From IMG/VR virus record IMGVR_UViG_3300020594_000011, positions 1 through 31,524 of that record: DNA of 31,524 nt. One strand, 5' to 3'. Shown piece after piece: positions 9,272 through 18,054 of this stretch. Origin of the DNA: a virus (Duplodnaviria > Caudoviricetes). Under the pieces are notes generated by a model, which saw only the letters and a list, made by a program, of their open reading frames with translations, was not told the origin of the DNA and ran no database searches. Position 1 is the first letter of the stretch. Every line of letters starts with the position of its first letter. Both the position numbers and the translations under genes were made by a program.

Positions 9272-9298
9272 CCAACCACCCAGAAAGGGGTATAGACC

Positions 9299-9892
9299 AT
9301 GAACATCAGCCTCACCTCCGTATTCACCTTCCTCAGCAACCTCTTCACCTCCAAGAAACCCACGTACGAGGTGCCGAAGAAAGGCGAGGTGATTACACCT
9401 CGCTACTCCGACGAGCAGATCGACCGGGTCGAGGTCATTGCCAAGACCGAGTTCCTCAGTCACTTTGACATCAGTGCCCTGGATGTCATCAACGGCGGCA
9501 ACCGCGCCGTGATCATGAGGTTAGGCCTGGAACAGCTGCTGAAGGCTAAGGCTGACCTGGAACCGACGTTCTACCAAGCCCCGGTGGTCCACGCCGGGGT
9601 GGAATGGAAGCTCGACGACACCCGCGCCATCCTGTTGGCGGCGCATGGCTACGCCCGGACTGTCCTGGGTGACCAGTACTACGAGGAAACCGGGCTGGAC
9701 AAGATCTATCACTTTATCCCGGATGGTGGAGTGTGGGTCAATGTCGACCTCGGCGACTACATCGACCTCGGGACGGCCGAGCTGCTCTTCGATCACTTCC
9801 TGATCTTCCAGAACAAGGCGGCTGATTCGGACACCGGTAAGCTGGTGATCGAGCTGACTGCCGCCATCAACGACGCCCTCTACCCACACTGA
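9299..9892 (+). CDS. Hypothetical protein (197 aa)
   Basis: RBS AAGGGG and typical codon bias; no recognisable motif. Confidence 0.8.
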   Translation: MNISLTSVFTFLSNLFTSKKPTYEVPKKGEVITPRYSDEQIDRVEVIAKTEFLSHFDISALDVINGGNRAVIMRLGLEQLLKAKADLEPTFYQAPVVHAGVEWKLDDTRAILLAAHGYARTVLGDQYYEETGLDKIYHFIPDGGVWVNVDLGDYIDLGTAELLFDHFLIFQNKAADSDTGKLVIELTAAINDALYPH

Positions 9893-9906
9893 ACAGGAGA
9901 TTCACC

Positions 9907-10362
9907 ATGAATGTACCCAGCAACTTCCTGGTCACTGAAGTAGATTTCGACTCCCATGTCGACATCCTGCCGGTGGAGGGCCGGAACCTGGATGAAAGGT
10001 TCAAGGCCATCGTCCTGGGTCTGTGCAAACCCAGCCTGGGTCTGTACGTTATCGATGACGATGTCGATACCTACTCCCGCGGTTCTCTCAGCGTCCTCGA
10101 GCTGACCTGCATGGTCAAATCCGAGGAAGGGCTGGCGCTGCTGTTTAAAGCGGCTAGCAGGGCCAAGGAAGCCTTCCAGGCGCAGGACATCCTCACGCAC
10201 TGCGAGCAATCACCGGTCCGTCTGGAGCTGTACTGGAACGGTGACGAGGAAAACTCTCCAAGCTGGCAACTCAGCCTCGAACTAGAAGCAGGACCTGCCC
10301 GTGACTATCGGCGCAACATCGCCATCTTCGAGGAGGTCGTCCTCAGCCTGTCGAACCACTAA
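9907..10362 (+). CDS. Hypothetical acidic protein (151 aa)
   Basis: RBS AGGAG; co-oriented and 14 bp downstream of the previous gene. Confidence 0.8.
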   Translation: MNVPSNFLVTEVDFDSHVDILPVEGRNLDERFKAIVLGLCKPSLGLYVIDDDVDTYSRGSLSVLELTCMVKSEEGLALLFKAASRAKEAFQAQDILTHCEQSPVRLELYWNGDEENSPSWQLSLELEAGPARDYRRNIAIFEEVVLSLSNH

Positions 10363-10374
10363 CCGGAGGTCTGA

Positions 10375-10497
10375 ATGAAAATCGCAATCCTGGCTGTAGT
10401 AGCTTGCCTCCTGGTCGGTTGCGGCCAGGTGCGTGAGCAACCCAAGACCCACAACGACCCGCGCGCGGCAATCGCCGCCGCGGTTGCCAAGAAGTAA
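10375..10497 (+). CDS. Small lipoprotein (40 aa; below the ORF-track cutoff)
   Basis: RBS GGAGGT at 10365-10370. Translation MKIAILAVVACLLVGC-GQVREQPKTHNDPRAAIAAAVAKK has a basic N-terminus, hydrophobic core and lipobox LVGC. Confidence 0.75.
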   Translation: MKIAILAVVACLLVGCGQVREQPKTHNDPRAAIAAAVAKK

Positions 10498-10498
10498 A

Positions 10499-10548
10499 CG
10501 GCATAGACACCCAGGGCTCAAGCCCTGGGTGTCGACACTTCTTTTTTT
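10499..10548. terminator. Bidirectional terminator between convergent operons
   Basis: Stem GACACCCAGGGC-TCAA-GCCCTGGGTGTC. The + side has a T-tract and the - side has TATGCCG. Confidence 0.8.
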
Positions 10549-10550
10549 GC

Positions 10551-11651
10551 TTACTTCTTAGCCGAGGTGGCTACGGCACCGAGCTGATCGATCAACTTAG
10601 CGGTGTTTTCCAGGACCTTGGTGAAGACACTGCTGGAGTGCTTGCTACCTGCGACCATGTCCTTCAGTACCCGCAGCCGGTCTTCCGATCCGCCTTTGGA
10701 TTGCAGCGAACTGAGTTCGCCTTCCATCTTGCTGACTTTCTGGTTGATCTTGCTGATGAAGTTCAAACCGTTCAGGTAACTGAAGAGGTTGTTCAGGTCC
10801 GAGATGCAATGGTCCAGGACATTCAGGTCGACGTTACCTTCGAACTTGGCGTTGTTGTGACTCATGTCACGGTCGATCGCTTGGGCCACTGTCTGGGCCT
10901 TCTGAATGATCACGGCGCCATGGACCTTATCGTTCAGTGCCCAGTCCAGCATGTCCTTGAAGTCCTTACCTTCCTTCAGGTAATGGGCATAGCCGGCGAT
11001 GGACTGTTGACTCAAGGCTTTCTCGTGGAACATCCACCGAGGAAGGGAGCCTTTCACCAGGCCCCGCGGAGCGGGTTCAGCGCCGGACTCGTCTTTCTTC
11101 TCCGGCTGCTTAGCCGGTTGGGCATCACGTTCCTTCACGGTCTCTTTGGCCTCTTTCACATCGTCCTTGGCTTTCTTGACCGTGTCATCGACCTTCTTCT
11201 TGAGCAGACCGATCTTTTGTAGGAGTTTCACGCCGAGTTCTTTCAGCTTCTTGAACTGTTCCCGTAGCCACTCAATGATCTTGGAGCCGATTTTCTTGAT
11301 CTTGTCCTTGACCGAACCCGGGTCACCCTCAGCCGACTCGAAGGACGGGACAATCACGCCCGTTGGCAGATCGATCCCTGCAGCCATCAGAACGCTGGAA
11401 ACGGCCAGCTGGTAACTTTCCATGGAGGGTCGGGAGATCTCGCGACAGTGGTGGTCGGAGAGGGCTTCCATGGCGATCATGACGCCCAGAGCACGTTCCA
11501 TCGAGCTCTGGACAGCCTCGAAGGATTCTTGGGCCTGTTGCAGTTCATCGACCGGGTCGACAAAACCGACATCGGTGGTGAGACCATCCGGGTCAATCTC
11601 CCCGGACTCGATCGCGTAGTTCCGCAGAGCATCGGCAAGACTCAGAGACAT
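10551..11651 (-). CDS. Putative internal head (inner-body/ejection-type) protein, likely protease-processed (366 aa from MSLSLADAL)
   Basis: Acidic N-terminal region with repeated S/A-x-E sites (SFE, SME, AME, SME, SFE), then an amphipathic helix (IGSKIIEWLREQFKKL) and a basic helical remainder. This architecture is typical of phiKZ-family head proteins. The longer ORF-track start overlaps the endolysin. Confidence 0.65.
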   Translation of the reverse strand: MSLSLADALRNYAIESGEIDPDGLTTDVGFVDPVDELQQAQESFEAVQSSMERALGVMIAMEALSDHHCREISRPSMESYQLAVSSVLMAAGIDLPTGVIVPSFESAEGDPGSVKDKIKKIGSKIIEWLREQFKKLKELGVKLLQKIGLLKKKVDDTVKKAKDDVKEAKETVKERDAQPAKQPEKKDESGAEPAPRGLVKGSLPRWMFHEKALSQQSIAGYAHYLKEGKDFKDMLDWALNDKVHGAVIIQKAQTVAQAIDRDMSHNNAKFEGNVDLNVLDHCISDLNNLFSYLNGLNFISKINQKVSKMEGELSSLQSKGGSEDRLRVLKDMVAGSKHSSSVFTKVLENTAKLIDQLGAVATSAKK

Positions 11652-11662
11652 TAGCAGTTTCC

Positions 11663-12355
11663 TTACACGAGGGATTTGACGTAGCCCGGCAGAAGGCCGC
11701 GCACGTAGCGGTTGTTCACCATGTGCGTGCACTCCAGTTTCGTGATCTTTCCATCCGAATTGATATCGAGACCTTTGTTCTGGAGATAAGCGGTGGTACC
11801 CTGATTAAAGAGAACAAAGTCAGCTGGTTTCCCAACGCCAATGGGAAGGAGTATGCGTAGGTACAAGTCACTCAGGTCCTTGATCTTACCTGCGTACGGT
11901 TTGAAGAACTTCTCGACGTAATCGAGTTGCTGCAACACGGTCATCTTGACCAGTGCGTCCAGCGTGGTACCGACATCGGTAGCCGCATCCTTACCGAACT
12001 GGATCAGGCCGTAGTACGGTGCACCGGCGCCATTCTTGATCGACGGGGAGAAGGTCCCGCCGGTCTCGAAGGCCATGCACGCCATGAAGTCGTTCAGGCA
12101 AGTGTACGGCAGACCGAGATTGGTCACCATCTTCGCTACCCGGGCTATTTCGGCGTCAGTGAGCTTTTGACCCCAGGTAACGAGCTTGGTACCGTACGGC
12201 GCCTGAGGGCTGTGTAGCGAGCTCTTACAGGCCTCCAGGGCCGCGGTGGACAGCTTGCCCCACAGGCCATCGGGTTCACCGCAGTTGAACCCGAGCTGAG
12301 TCAGCAGTTGTTGCGTTTCATAGACGGTCTTGTTGCCATTGGCGGCGATACCCAT
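11663..12355 (-). CDS. Modular endolysin: N-terminal peptidoglycan-binding domain + lysozyme-like/transglycosylase domain (230 aa)
   Basis: PG-binding motif QQLLTQLGFNCGEPDGLWGKLSTAAL. Catalytic region MAFETGGTFSP...YYGLIQF has the Glu plus GLxQ pattern. Confidence 0.85.
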   Translation of the reverse strand: MGIAANGNKTVYETQQLLTQLGFNCGEPDGLWGKLSTAALEACKSSLHSPQAPYGTKLVTWGQKLTDAEIARVAKMVTNLGLPYTCLNDFMACMAFETGGTFSPSIKNGAGAPYYGLIQFGKDAATDVGTTLDALVKMTVLQQLDYVEKFFKPYAGKIKDLSDLYLRILLPIGVGKPADFVLFNQGTTAYLQNKGLDINSDGKITKLECTHMVNNRYVRGLLPGYVKSLV

Positions 12356-12357
12356 GG

Positions 12358-12984
12358 TCAGGCTCCTTGTTGCGAACGGATGTAGGTGAGCGCGGCACGA
12401 ACCGCGTCAGCCGGGTCTTCGGTGAAGTTGGTCAGGGTCACCGTGGTACCTGCGCCTTCACCATAGACCACGGTGAGGCTCAGGCTGGTGCGTGCCAGGG
12501 GCTGACCGAGACTGACGCCGTAGACGGCCTTGAGCTCCACCGACTGCAGCTTGGCCCACTGCCCCATGACGGTGACGAAGGACTGTGCCTGGGTCAGGAC
12601 CCGTTGGAGCTCTTCATCCGTCAGCTTCGCCGGCTCTTCGGCGTTGAGGTAGCACTTGCGCAGGCTGTCCTTACCCCAGTACTCGACGAGGATGGGTTTG
12701 GTCACCATGCCCCGGGTCAGGCAATCGAACCATTGCGTCCCGTCCGGGGCGGTGAGCAGGGTACCGTTCAGGTAGTCCTGGGCCGAGACCGGCGCCTGGG
12801 CGTAGGCCATGACCTGGTACTCCAGGCGACCCAGGGCACTCGCCGGCCCATTGAGGGTCCAGCGGGCGGCGTGGATGCGCGCATAGCGCGGCGCGGGGTC
12901 ATGGAGCAGGAAGAGCCCTCGGTCCTGCCCGTTGTAGGGGTTGGTGGACTGGACGTTCGTGGGGTATTCGGGAACAGGTTGCAT
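12358..12984 (-). CDS. Hypothetical protein in the tail-fibre operon (208 aa)
   Basis: RBS GAGG, tight packing and codon bias; function not recognisable. Confidence 0.75.
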   Translation of the reverse strand: MQPVPEYPTNVQSTNPYNGQDRGLFLLHDPAPRYARIHAARWTLNGPASALGRLEYQVMAYAQAPVSAQDYLNGTLLTAPDGTQWFDCLTRGMVTKPILVEYWGKDSLRKCYLNAEEPAKLTDEELQRVLTQAQSFVTVMGQWAKLQSVELKAVYGVSLGQPLARTSLSLTVVYGEGAGTTVTLTNFTEDPADAVRAALTYIRSQQGA

Positions 12985-12999
12985 GGGGACCTCGGCGGG

Positions 13000-13734
13000 T
13001 TAGAGGGGTTTCCAGGCGGCACCAAAGGGCACGATGGCGTCGTAGTCACCGGAGGAGACCGGAATGACCGACCCCAGGGGCTGATCGCTGATGCGGAAGG
13101 TGTCGATACGGATCACGTTCTTGAAGCTCTTGGAAGCGATTCCACTAGCATTGGTCGTGACCGTACCCAAGTACATGATCGCCACGCCTTCAGGCGGGGT
13201 GTCGGCCCGGCACTGGTAACTCATGACCCCGAGCTTGGTGTAGAGGTAGACGTAGAACGTCTTGTTCGCCGGGGAAGCGTCGATAGTCCTCAAGTCCAGG
13301 GACCAGGGCTGTAGCAGCCCTGGCGTTCCGGAGAGGATGACGTTCATGGCGCGGTTACAGTTGATCGTCCACCCATTCGCGACCCACGCGGCGTTGGTCT
13401 GGTCATCCGTGAGGTCATCGCCGATCCCGTATGTCGAGACCGGGATGATGCCCACGGGGACCTTACCTGCCAGGGTGTTGCGGATATAGGTGTCACTGCG
13501 CGATCCGATGGAGGCGATGGTTTCCTGGTGCGGGTTGTCAGTCCGGGCGACGTGCGCAGCGAGATCACTACGGGCGGGGGAGAGCAGGTCGCTGGCGGTC
13601 TTGCCGCCGATGGTATCGGCGTTGTCGGCTTCGGTCGTGTGGATGCGCGTACGCAGCAGCAGACGGCGGAGTTGATCCTCCATCTGCCAGAAATAGCGTT
13701 TCGTCAGCACCCGACCGAGGTTGGGTCCGGCCAT
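13000..13734 (-). CDS. Tail/baseplate fibre-associated virion protein (244 aa; paralog of the next two)
   Basis: RBS GGAG before the ATG at 13734. Has HVARTDNPH and C-terminal LGSVIPVSSG motifs. Confidence 0.65.
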   Translation of the reverse strand: MAGPNLGRVLTKRYFWQMEDQLRRLLLRTRIHTTEADNADTIGGKTASDLLSPARSDLAAHVARTDNPHQETIASIGSRSDTYIRNTLAGKVPVGIIPVSTYGIGDDLTDDQTNAAWVANGWTINCNRAMNVILSGTPGLLQPWSLDLRTIDASPANKTFYVYLYTKLGVMSYQCRADTPPEGVAIMYLGTVTTNASGIASKSFKNVIRIDTFRISDQPLGSVIPVSSGDYDAIVPFGAAWKPL

Positions 13735-13746
13735 GGGCAACTCCTG

Positions 13747-14436
13747 TTACGACGCGAACCAACTGGACGCCAGCGCCGCTGTGGTCGCCGGGGTCCCGGC
13801 GGTGGCTGGAATGGCCTTGCCCCGCGGGTTCTGAGTGATGATCGCATGGCCCAGTCGGAAGATATCCCCGACCAGTGTCAAGACGACCGTGTTGCTGATG
13901 ACCTGGGCATGCCCCAGGATGATGGTCGCCAGGTCCTCGAACGCGAGGGTCGCCAGCGTGAGCTGACCGACCCGTGCATCCGGCGGACCGGTGACCACGA
14001 CCTTGAAGTACTGCTTGCCCGTGGTCCCGCTGAGGGTGAAACTCTTCCCCTGCACCGTGATCGGTCGACCCATGTACAGCATGTCGAAGGTCGGGAAGGT
14101 GACCACGCCATTGACGTTGGTCACGTTCAGTGCCTTGATCTGGGTGAAGGGGAAACCCGTCCGTGGGTAATAGAGCGGTGTCAGGCCATCGAAGGTGGCC
14201 TGGGTCATCCCGCCCAACTGTGTCAGCGACAGACCGTGCGCACCATGGTCCGCGACGTGCGCCGCCAACTCCTGGTCGATGAGGTCCTGGAGTTGGCTGA
14301 AGCTGTAGCCGCTGACTTTGTCTGCCACTGTCTTGTAGATGACGTTGTCTTCGTACTTGCCGAGCAAGCGGATGATTTCGTCTTTCCACTGCTCGAAGTG
14401 CGTTTCCAGCTCCTCGGTGACGCCAGGAAGAGGCAT
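13747..14436 (-). CDS. Tail/baseplate fibre-associated virion protein (229 aa)
   Basis: HVADHGAH motif and C-terminal RGKAIPATAGTP motif shared with its neighbours. Confidence 0.65.
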   Translation of the reverse strand: MPLPGVTEELETHFEQWKDEIIRLLGKYEDNVIYKTVADKVSGYSFSQLQDLIDQELAAHVADHGAHGLSLTQLGGMTQATFDGLTPLYYPRTGFPFTQIKALNVTNVNGVVTFPTFDMLYMGRPITVQGKSFTLSGTTGKQYFKVVVTGPPDARVGQLTLATLAFEDLATIILGHAQVISNTVVLTLVGDIFRLGHAIITQNPRGKAIPATAGTPATTAALASSWFAS

Positions 14437-14439
14437 GGC

Positions 14440-17376
14440 TTATCTCCAGTTGAAACGACCTGCCGTGGCCGGCACCCCCGAGGTGAGCGGGACGGCCTGA
14501 CCGCGGGCGTCGGGCGACAGCAGCTTACCGCCGATGGCGACGCGCTTGGTCACGTTGATGACGGCGATGCCGGAGCTGTTGGTCTGGATATACCCCAGGT
14601 ACAGCTGGCCTTCGTAGCCCGTCGGGATCGCGATGCTCTGCGTCAGCAGGTACGACAGCACCCCATTGAGTCGGGTGAGCCAGACGTAGATCATCTTGTT
14701 GGCATCAGTTGTCGGGTTGAGGGTAAAGCTGGTCAACGGGACTTCCTGGTACAGGCCATCCACCATCGCCGCCGTGGGATCGGCGAAGTACACCGTCCAG
14801 GCCGTGACCGTTTCCTCCGACAACATGACCTTGACGTTGGCCGGCTGACCGACTTTGATCATGTAGTTGTCCAGCGTGTCGGTCGGGAAGTCAGACGTCG
14901 CCACCAGTGTGCCCACGAGCTTGGTGCCCGAGTCGATGGTCCAGCGTTCGTTCTCCGCCGAGGCACAGAGGAACATGCCGTGGGTCGGGAAGTTCAGGAA
15001 GCCTACTGGCGAGCTGTTGGGGTGGTTGTAGATGACGTTGCCGAAGGACGACCAGCCACCTTGATATTTCAGCAGCATCGTGTAGCCGATGTGGTCGCCG
15101 GTGGTCTGCGAGCAGATCGACGGGATGATGCCCAGCACAAAGCCGCCGGTGACACGACGGATCGCGATCTGCGGCGAGCTGACGTACGCCCGGTTCAGGT
15201 AGAGGACATTGTTCATCGTGTTGCTGACGGTCCAGGACCGGACACTGGTCAAGTCCACCGTCAGGCCATTGATCTGCTGACGCGTACCTGACAGGTTCAG
15301 CGTGGCGATGAACACCCGCGCCGTCCCCGTGGTATCGACCACCACTCCGTAGCAGAAGGGCGGCAGGTCCGTGTACCGCTGCGGAACGACCACTTCCAGC
15401 CACCGGTTGATTTCACCGGGGTATGGTTGGATGTTGTTCTGCCGGATGGTGACACCCAGGGCCGTGAAGCCTGCCACGATGGTGTCCAGCAACCCATCCC
15501 GTGCCGAAGGCGCGATGATGATGTTCCCCGAGCCATTGAGGTTCCCGTCTACCGCCGCGTACTTCACCGTGGCGGTGTTGAACGTGATGTCGAACCGCCC
15601 TTGGTGAACCAGGCTACCGCCGGCATCGGACTCGTTGACCAGCGTCCGCGGATCCTTGACGGTCGCCGACAGGTCACGTAGGAATGCCCGATCGGCCGTA
15701 GGGGCAAAGCCCAGGACGTTGAAGCCGCCAATGGATTTGTAGGTATAGCTGAGGCTGCTGGTGTAGCCGACCCGGTACGCCAGGCCATCCACAACGGCAT
15801 TGTTGTACCAGTTCTGGTTGGCGCCCACTTGCACCGAGTCACCGATGTTCCCGATGCTGCGCATCTGGAAGCTGACCGAGCTGGCAAAGCGACTGAGGAA
15901 CGGCGAGGAGGTGTTAGTGACACGACTGACCCGATCCGCGAAGATGTCTTCGAGGTTGGTCGATGCCATCTTGTGCATTTGCACAATCCGTCCTGTCTTG
16001 GCCACCCAGGTGTGGTGTGTGAACACCACGCCGTTCTCAGCGAAGTACGCCCGAATGGCGTTGTCACCATCGACCCCGACCTGCCAGCCATTGACCGCCC
16101 GGGAGCGGAACTGCGCCGGAGCGTTGGTCAGAATCAGGGAACTGGCCGTGTACCCGTAGACCAATTTCTCCACGAAGTACTTCGAGACGTCGATGACCTT
16201 ATTGTCCGGGATCTCGAACTCGAAGCACAGATGGACCCGCATGTCCGCCAGGCTGTTGTCCACCTTGTGGCAGTTGATGTACCACTGCCCCATCATGATG
16301 GCTTTGCCGCTGGACAGCAGCTTGGCGTAATTCAACGGGATGGAGACGTTAGCGTTCCCGAGGCTCAGGGCATTGCTGTCCGTGACCCCAACAACGTCAG
16401 TGTAGTTGTTGACAATGAGCAGGTCATCCGAGGTAATGGTACCGCCCGCGCCCCGGTTGATGGTCCAGCCCTTCTCCTGGGTAGCGCCGTTGAAGACCCC
16501 ACTGATCAGGTCGTTCTTGTTGAGCGACCAGACGCGCCAGCGTAGCTGCGCTACGTCAGCGGCGGTGTAATCCACCCGGGTCATGATCCAGAGCTTGCTG
16601 CCCTTGATGAATGCACAGGGGCAGCCGCGCAGCGTCAGGTTATCCGCCTGGCGCACGTCGAGGAAGTTCCCCTCGGGGATGATGATCCCCGTGTGCTTGG
16701 TCTGGTCGAAGGTGTTGTTGGTCAAGCTGATAAAATAGCCAGCCCGTGCACCCGTGGACTTGTTCATCATCAGCCCGATGATGACATCATCGTTGCTGTA
16801 GAGCACGCTCATGGCTTGCAGCGTCGACGGGAAGTACGCTGGACTGTAGCGGGTGTTGGTCATTACCGGGGATTCGAGCCGGGTGGTGTTCAACGCGTTT
16901 CGAACGTAGGAGTAGTAGACCCCAGCCGACGAGCCGTCCGTCCCGGTCCGCAGGATCATCAGGGTGCCATTGTCCTCCAGGAACATCCCTACGGTACCGT
17001 AGGGCGCCCAGTTCATCGCCGACTCGAAGGATCCCGTCACCGAGGGCGGCAGGTACTCCCGATCGCCGTAGAACGACAGCGGTGCGCTGGAGTTGACATC
17101 CAGCAGAGCCGCCAGGTCCCCGTCGATCTTGGCTGAGCCGTAGGTTCCCAGGTCTGCCGGTGTGGTACCGTGGACGTTCTGCCCCAGAGTGGCAATGTGT
17201 TGACGGATCTTCTGCCGAAGGAGCTCGGTGGCCATGTCCGAGGTCATGTCCTCGAGCGTCTGAGCATCATCCAGGTGCGGCACACGGACGAGCACGTTCG
17301 ACAACCTGCTTTTGATCTCGTCCAGGAAGTCGCCCATGTGCGACCGGATTTGTTCTAACCTTTCGGCGAGAGTCAT
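14440..17376 (-). CDS. Large tail fibre/baseplate virion protein, phiKZ gp146-like (978 aa)
   Basis: RBS AGGAG. N-terminal helix plus HIATLGQNVH, a long beta-rich middle, and C-terminal RGQAVPLTSGVP. Confidence 0.65.
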   Translation of the reverse strand: MTLAERLEQIRSHMGDFLDEIKSRLSNVLVRVPHLDDAQTLEDMTSDMATELLRQKIRQHIATLGQNVHGTTPADLGTYGSAKIDGDLAALLDVNSSAPLSFYGDREYLPPSVTGSFESAMNWAPYGTVGMFLEDNGTLMILRTGTDGSSAGVYYSYVRNALNTTRLESPVMTNTRYSPAYFPSTLQAMSVLYSNDDVIIGLMMNKSTGARAGYFISLTNNTFDQTKHTGIIIPEGNFLDVRQADNLTLRGCPCAFIKGSKLWIMTRVDYTAADVAQLRWRVWSLNKNDLISGVFNGATQEKGWTINRGAGGTITSDDLLIVNNYTDVVGVTDSNALSLGNANVSIPLNYAKLLSSGKAIMMGQWYINCHKVDNSLADMRVHLCFEFEIPDNKVIDVSKYFVEKLVYGYTASSLILTNAPAQFRSRAVNGWQVGVDGDNAIRAYFAENGVVFTHHTWVAKTGRIVQMHKMASTNLEDIFADRVSRVTNTSSPFLSRFASSVSFQMRSIGNIGDSVQVGANQNWYNNAVVDGLAYRVGYTSSLSYTYKSIGGFNVLGFAPTADRAFLRDLSATVKDPRTLVNESDAGGSLVHQGRFDITFNTATVKYAAVDGNLNGSGNIIIAPSARDGLLDTIVAGFTALGVTIRQNNIQPYPGEINRWLEVVVPQRYTDLPPFCYGVVVDTTGTARVFIATLNLSGTRQQINGLTVDLTSVRSWTVSNTMNNVLYLNRAYVSSPQIAIRRVTGGFVLGIIPSICSQTTGDHIGYTMLLKYQGGWSSFGNVIYNHPNSSPVGFLNFPTHGMFLCASAENERWTIDSGTKLVGTLVATSDFPTDTLDNYMIKVGQPANVKVMLSEETVTAWTVYFADPTAAMVDGLYQEVPLTSFTLNPTTDANKMIYVWLTRLNGVLSYLLTQSIAIPTGYEGQLYLGYIQTNSSGIAVINVTKRVAIGGKLLSPDARGQAVPLTSGVPATAGRFNWR

Positions 17377-17397
17377 GACAATCTCCTGGCAAAACGA

Positions 17398-18039
17398 TTA
17401 CAGCTGACTGAGCTCGATCGCCGCGTCACGGAAGAGGTTGGAGAGGCCGTCACAGAACTGGTCCAGGCCATCGAACTTGGCACCGATCTGATCCAGCAGC
17501 AGTTGGCGCGAGGCAGCATCGCCTTCACGAATGGCAGCAGCGACATCGTACTGTGCCTCGACCATGTACTTCAGGCCGTAGAGGTCGTACGCATCGTGCA
17601 AGTGCGGGGCAGGGACGAACTGGGACGGTACACCTACCAGGTCACCCCAGTTGACCGGACGGTTGTCCAGGGCGAGTTCTTCGATGGCCTGCTTGATGGC
17701 GTAGGTCGAATAGGAGAACTCGCCCCCGACGAGCTGTGCCGTGAAGAGGATACGGGTACTGACCTCGGGGTTGACGATCTGCACCGCAGCATAAACAGCC
17801 TGACCGGTGTCATCCGCCGCTTCCCGGTAGTAATGGACCAACCGGTAGTCTTCCACCGGTACCAGCTCACGCCCGGTGATGCCGTCCTTGAGGACGACAC
17901 TGTTGCCGAAGAACGGACCGTAGTCGGATGCGAAGATACGACCGGTGGTCGTGCCGATCGTGTGGACCTCATCCGTCACCTTGTTATCGGGGTTGGTACC
18001 GAAGAGGTCCTTCTGGTATTTAAAGATGGTATCCGACAT
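17398..18039 (-). CDS. Virion protein consisting of the fibre N-terminal (baseplate-attachment) module (213 aa)
   Basis: YQKDLFGTNPDNKVTDE, GPFF, QLVGGEF and GVPSQFVPAPHLH align by eye with the N-terminus of 18886..19971. Confidence 0.65.
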   Translation of the reverse strand: MSDTIFKYQKDLFGTNPDNKVTDEVHTIGTTTGRIFASDYGPFFGNSVVLKDGITGRELVPVEDYRLVHYYREAADDTGQAVYAAVQIVNPEVSTRILFTAQLVGGEFSYSTYAIKQAIEELALDNRPVNWGDLVGVPSQFVPAPHLHDAYDLYGLKYMVEAQYDVAAAIREGDAASRQLLLDQIGAKFDGLDQFCDGLSNLFRDAAIELSQL

Positions 18040-18054
18040 GATGTCAGGTCCTCA

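Noticed and set aside
13528-15291. 587-aa + strand ORF, and similar long antisense ORFs (6668..7855, 7931..8986, 17503..18699, 18826..19977, 20290..21333, 22916..24082, 25731..26987)
   Set aside because: They lie opposite well-supported genes and lack RBSs or motifs. Long antisense open frames are expected when the real genes have strong GC3 codon bias.
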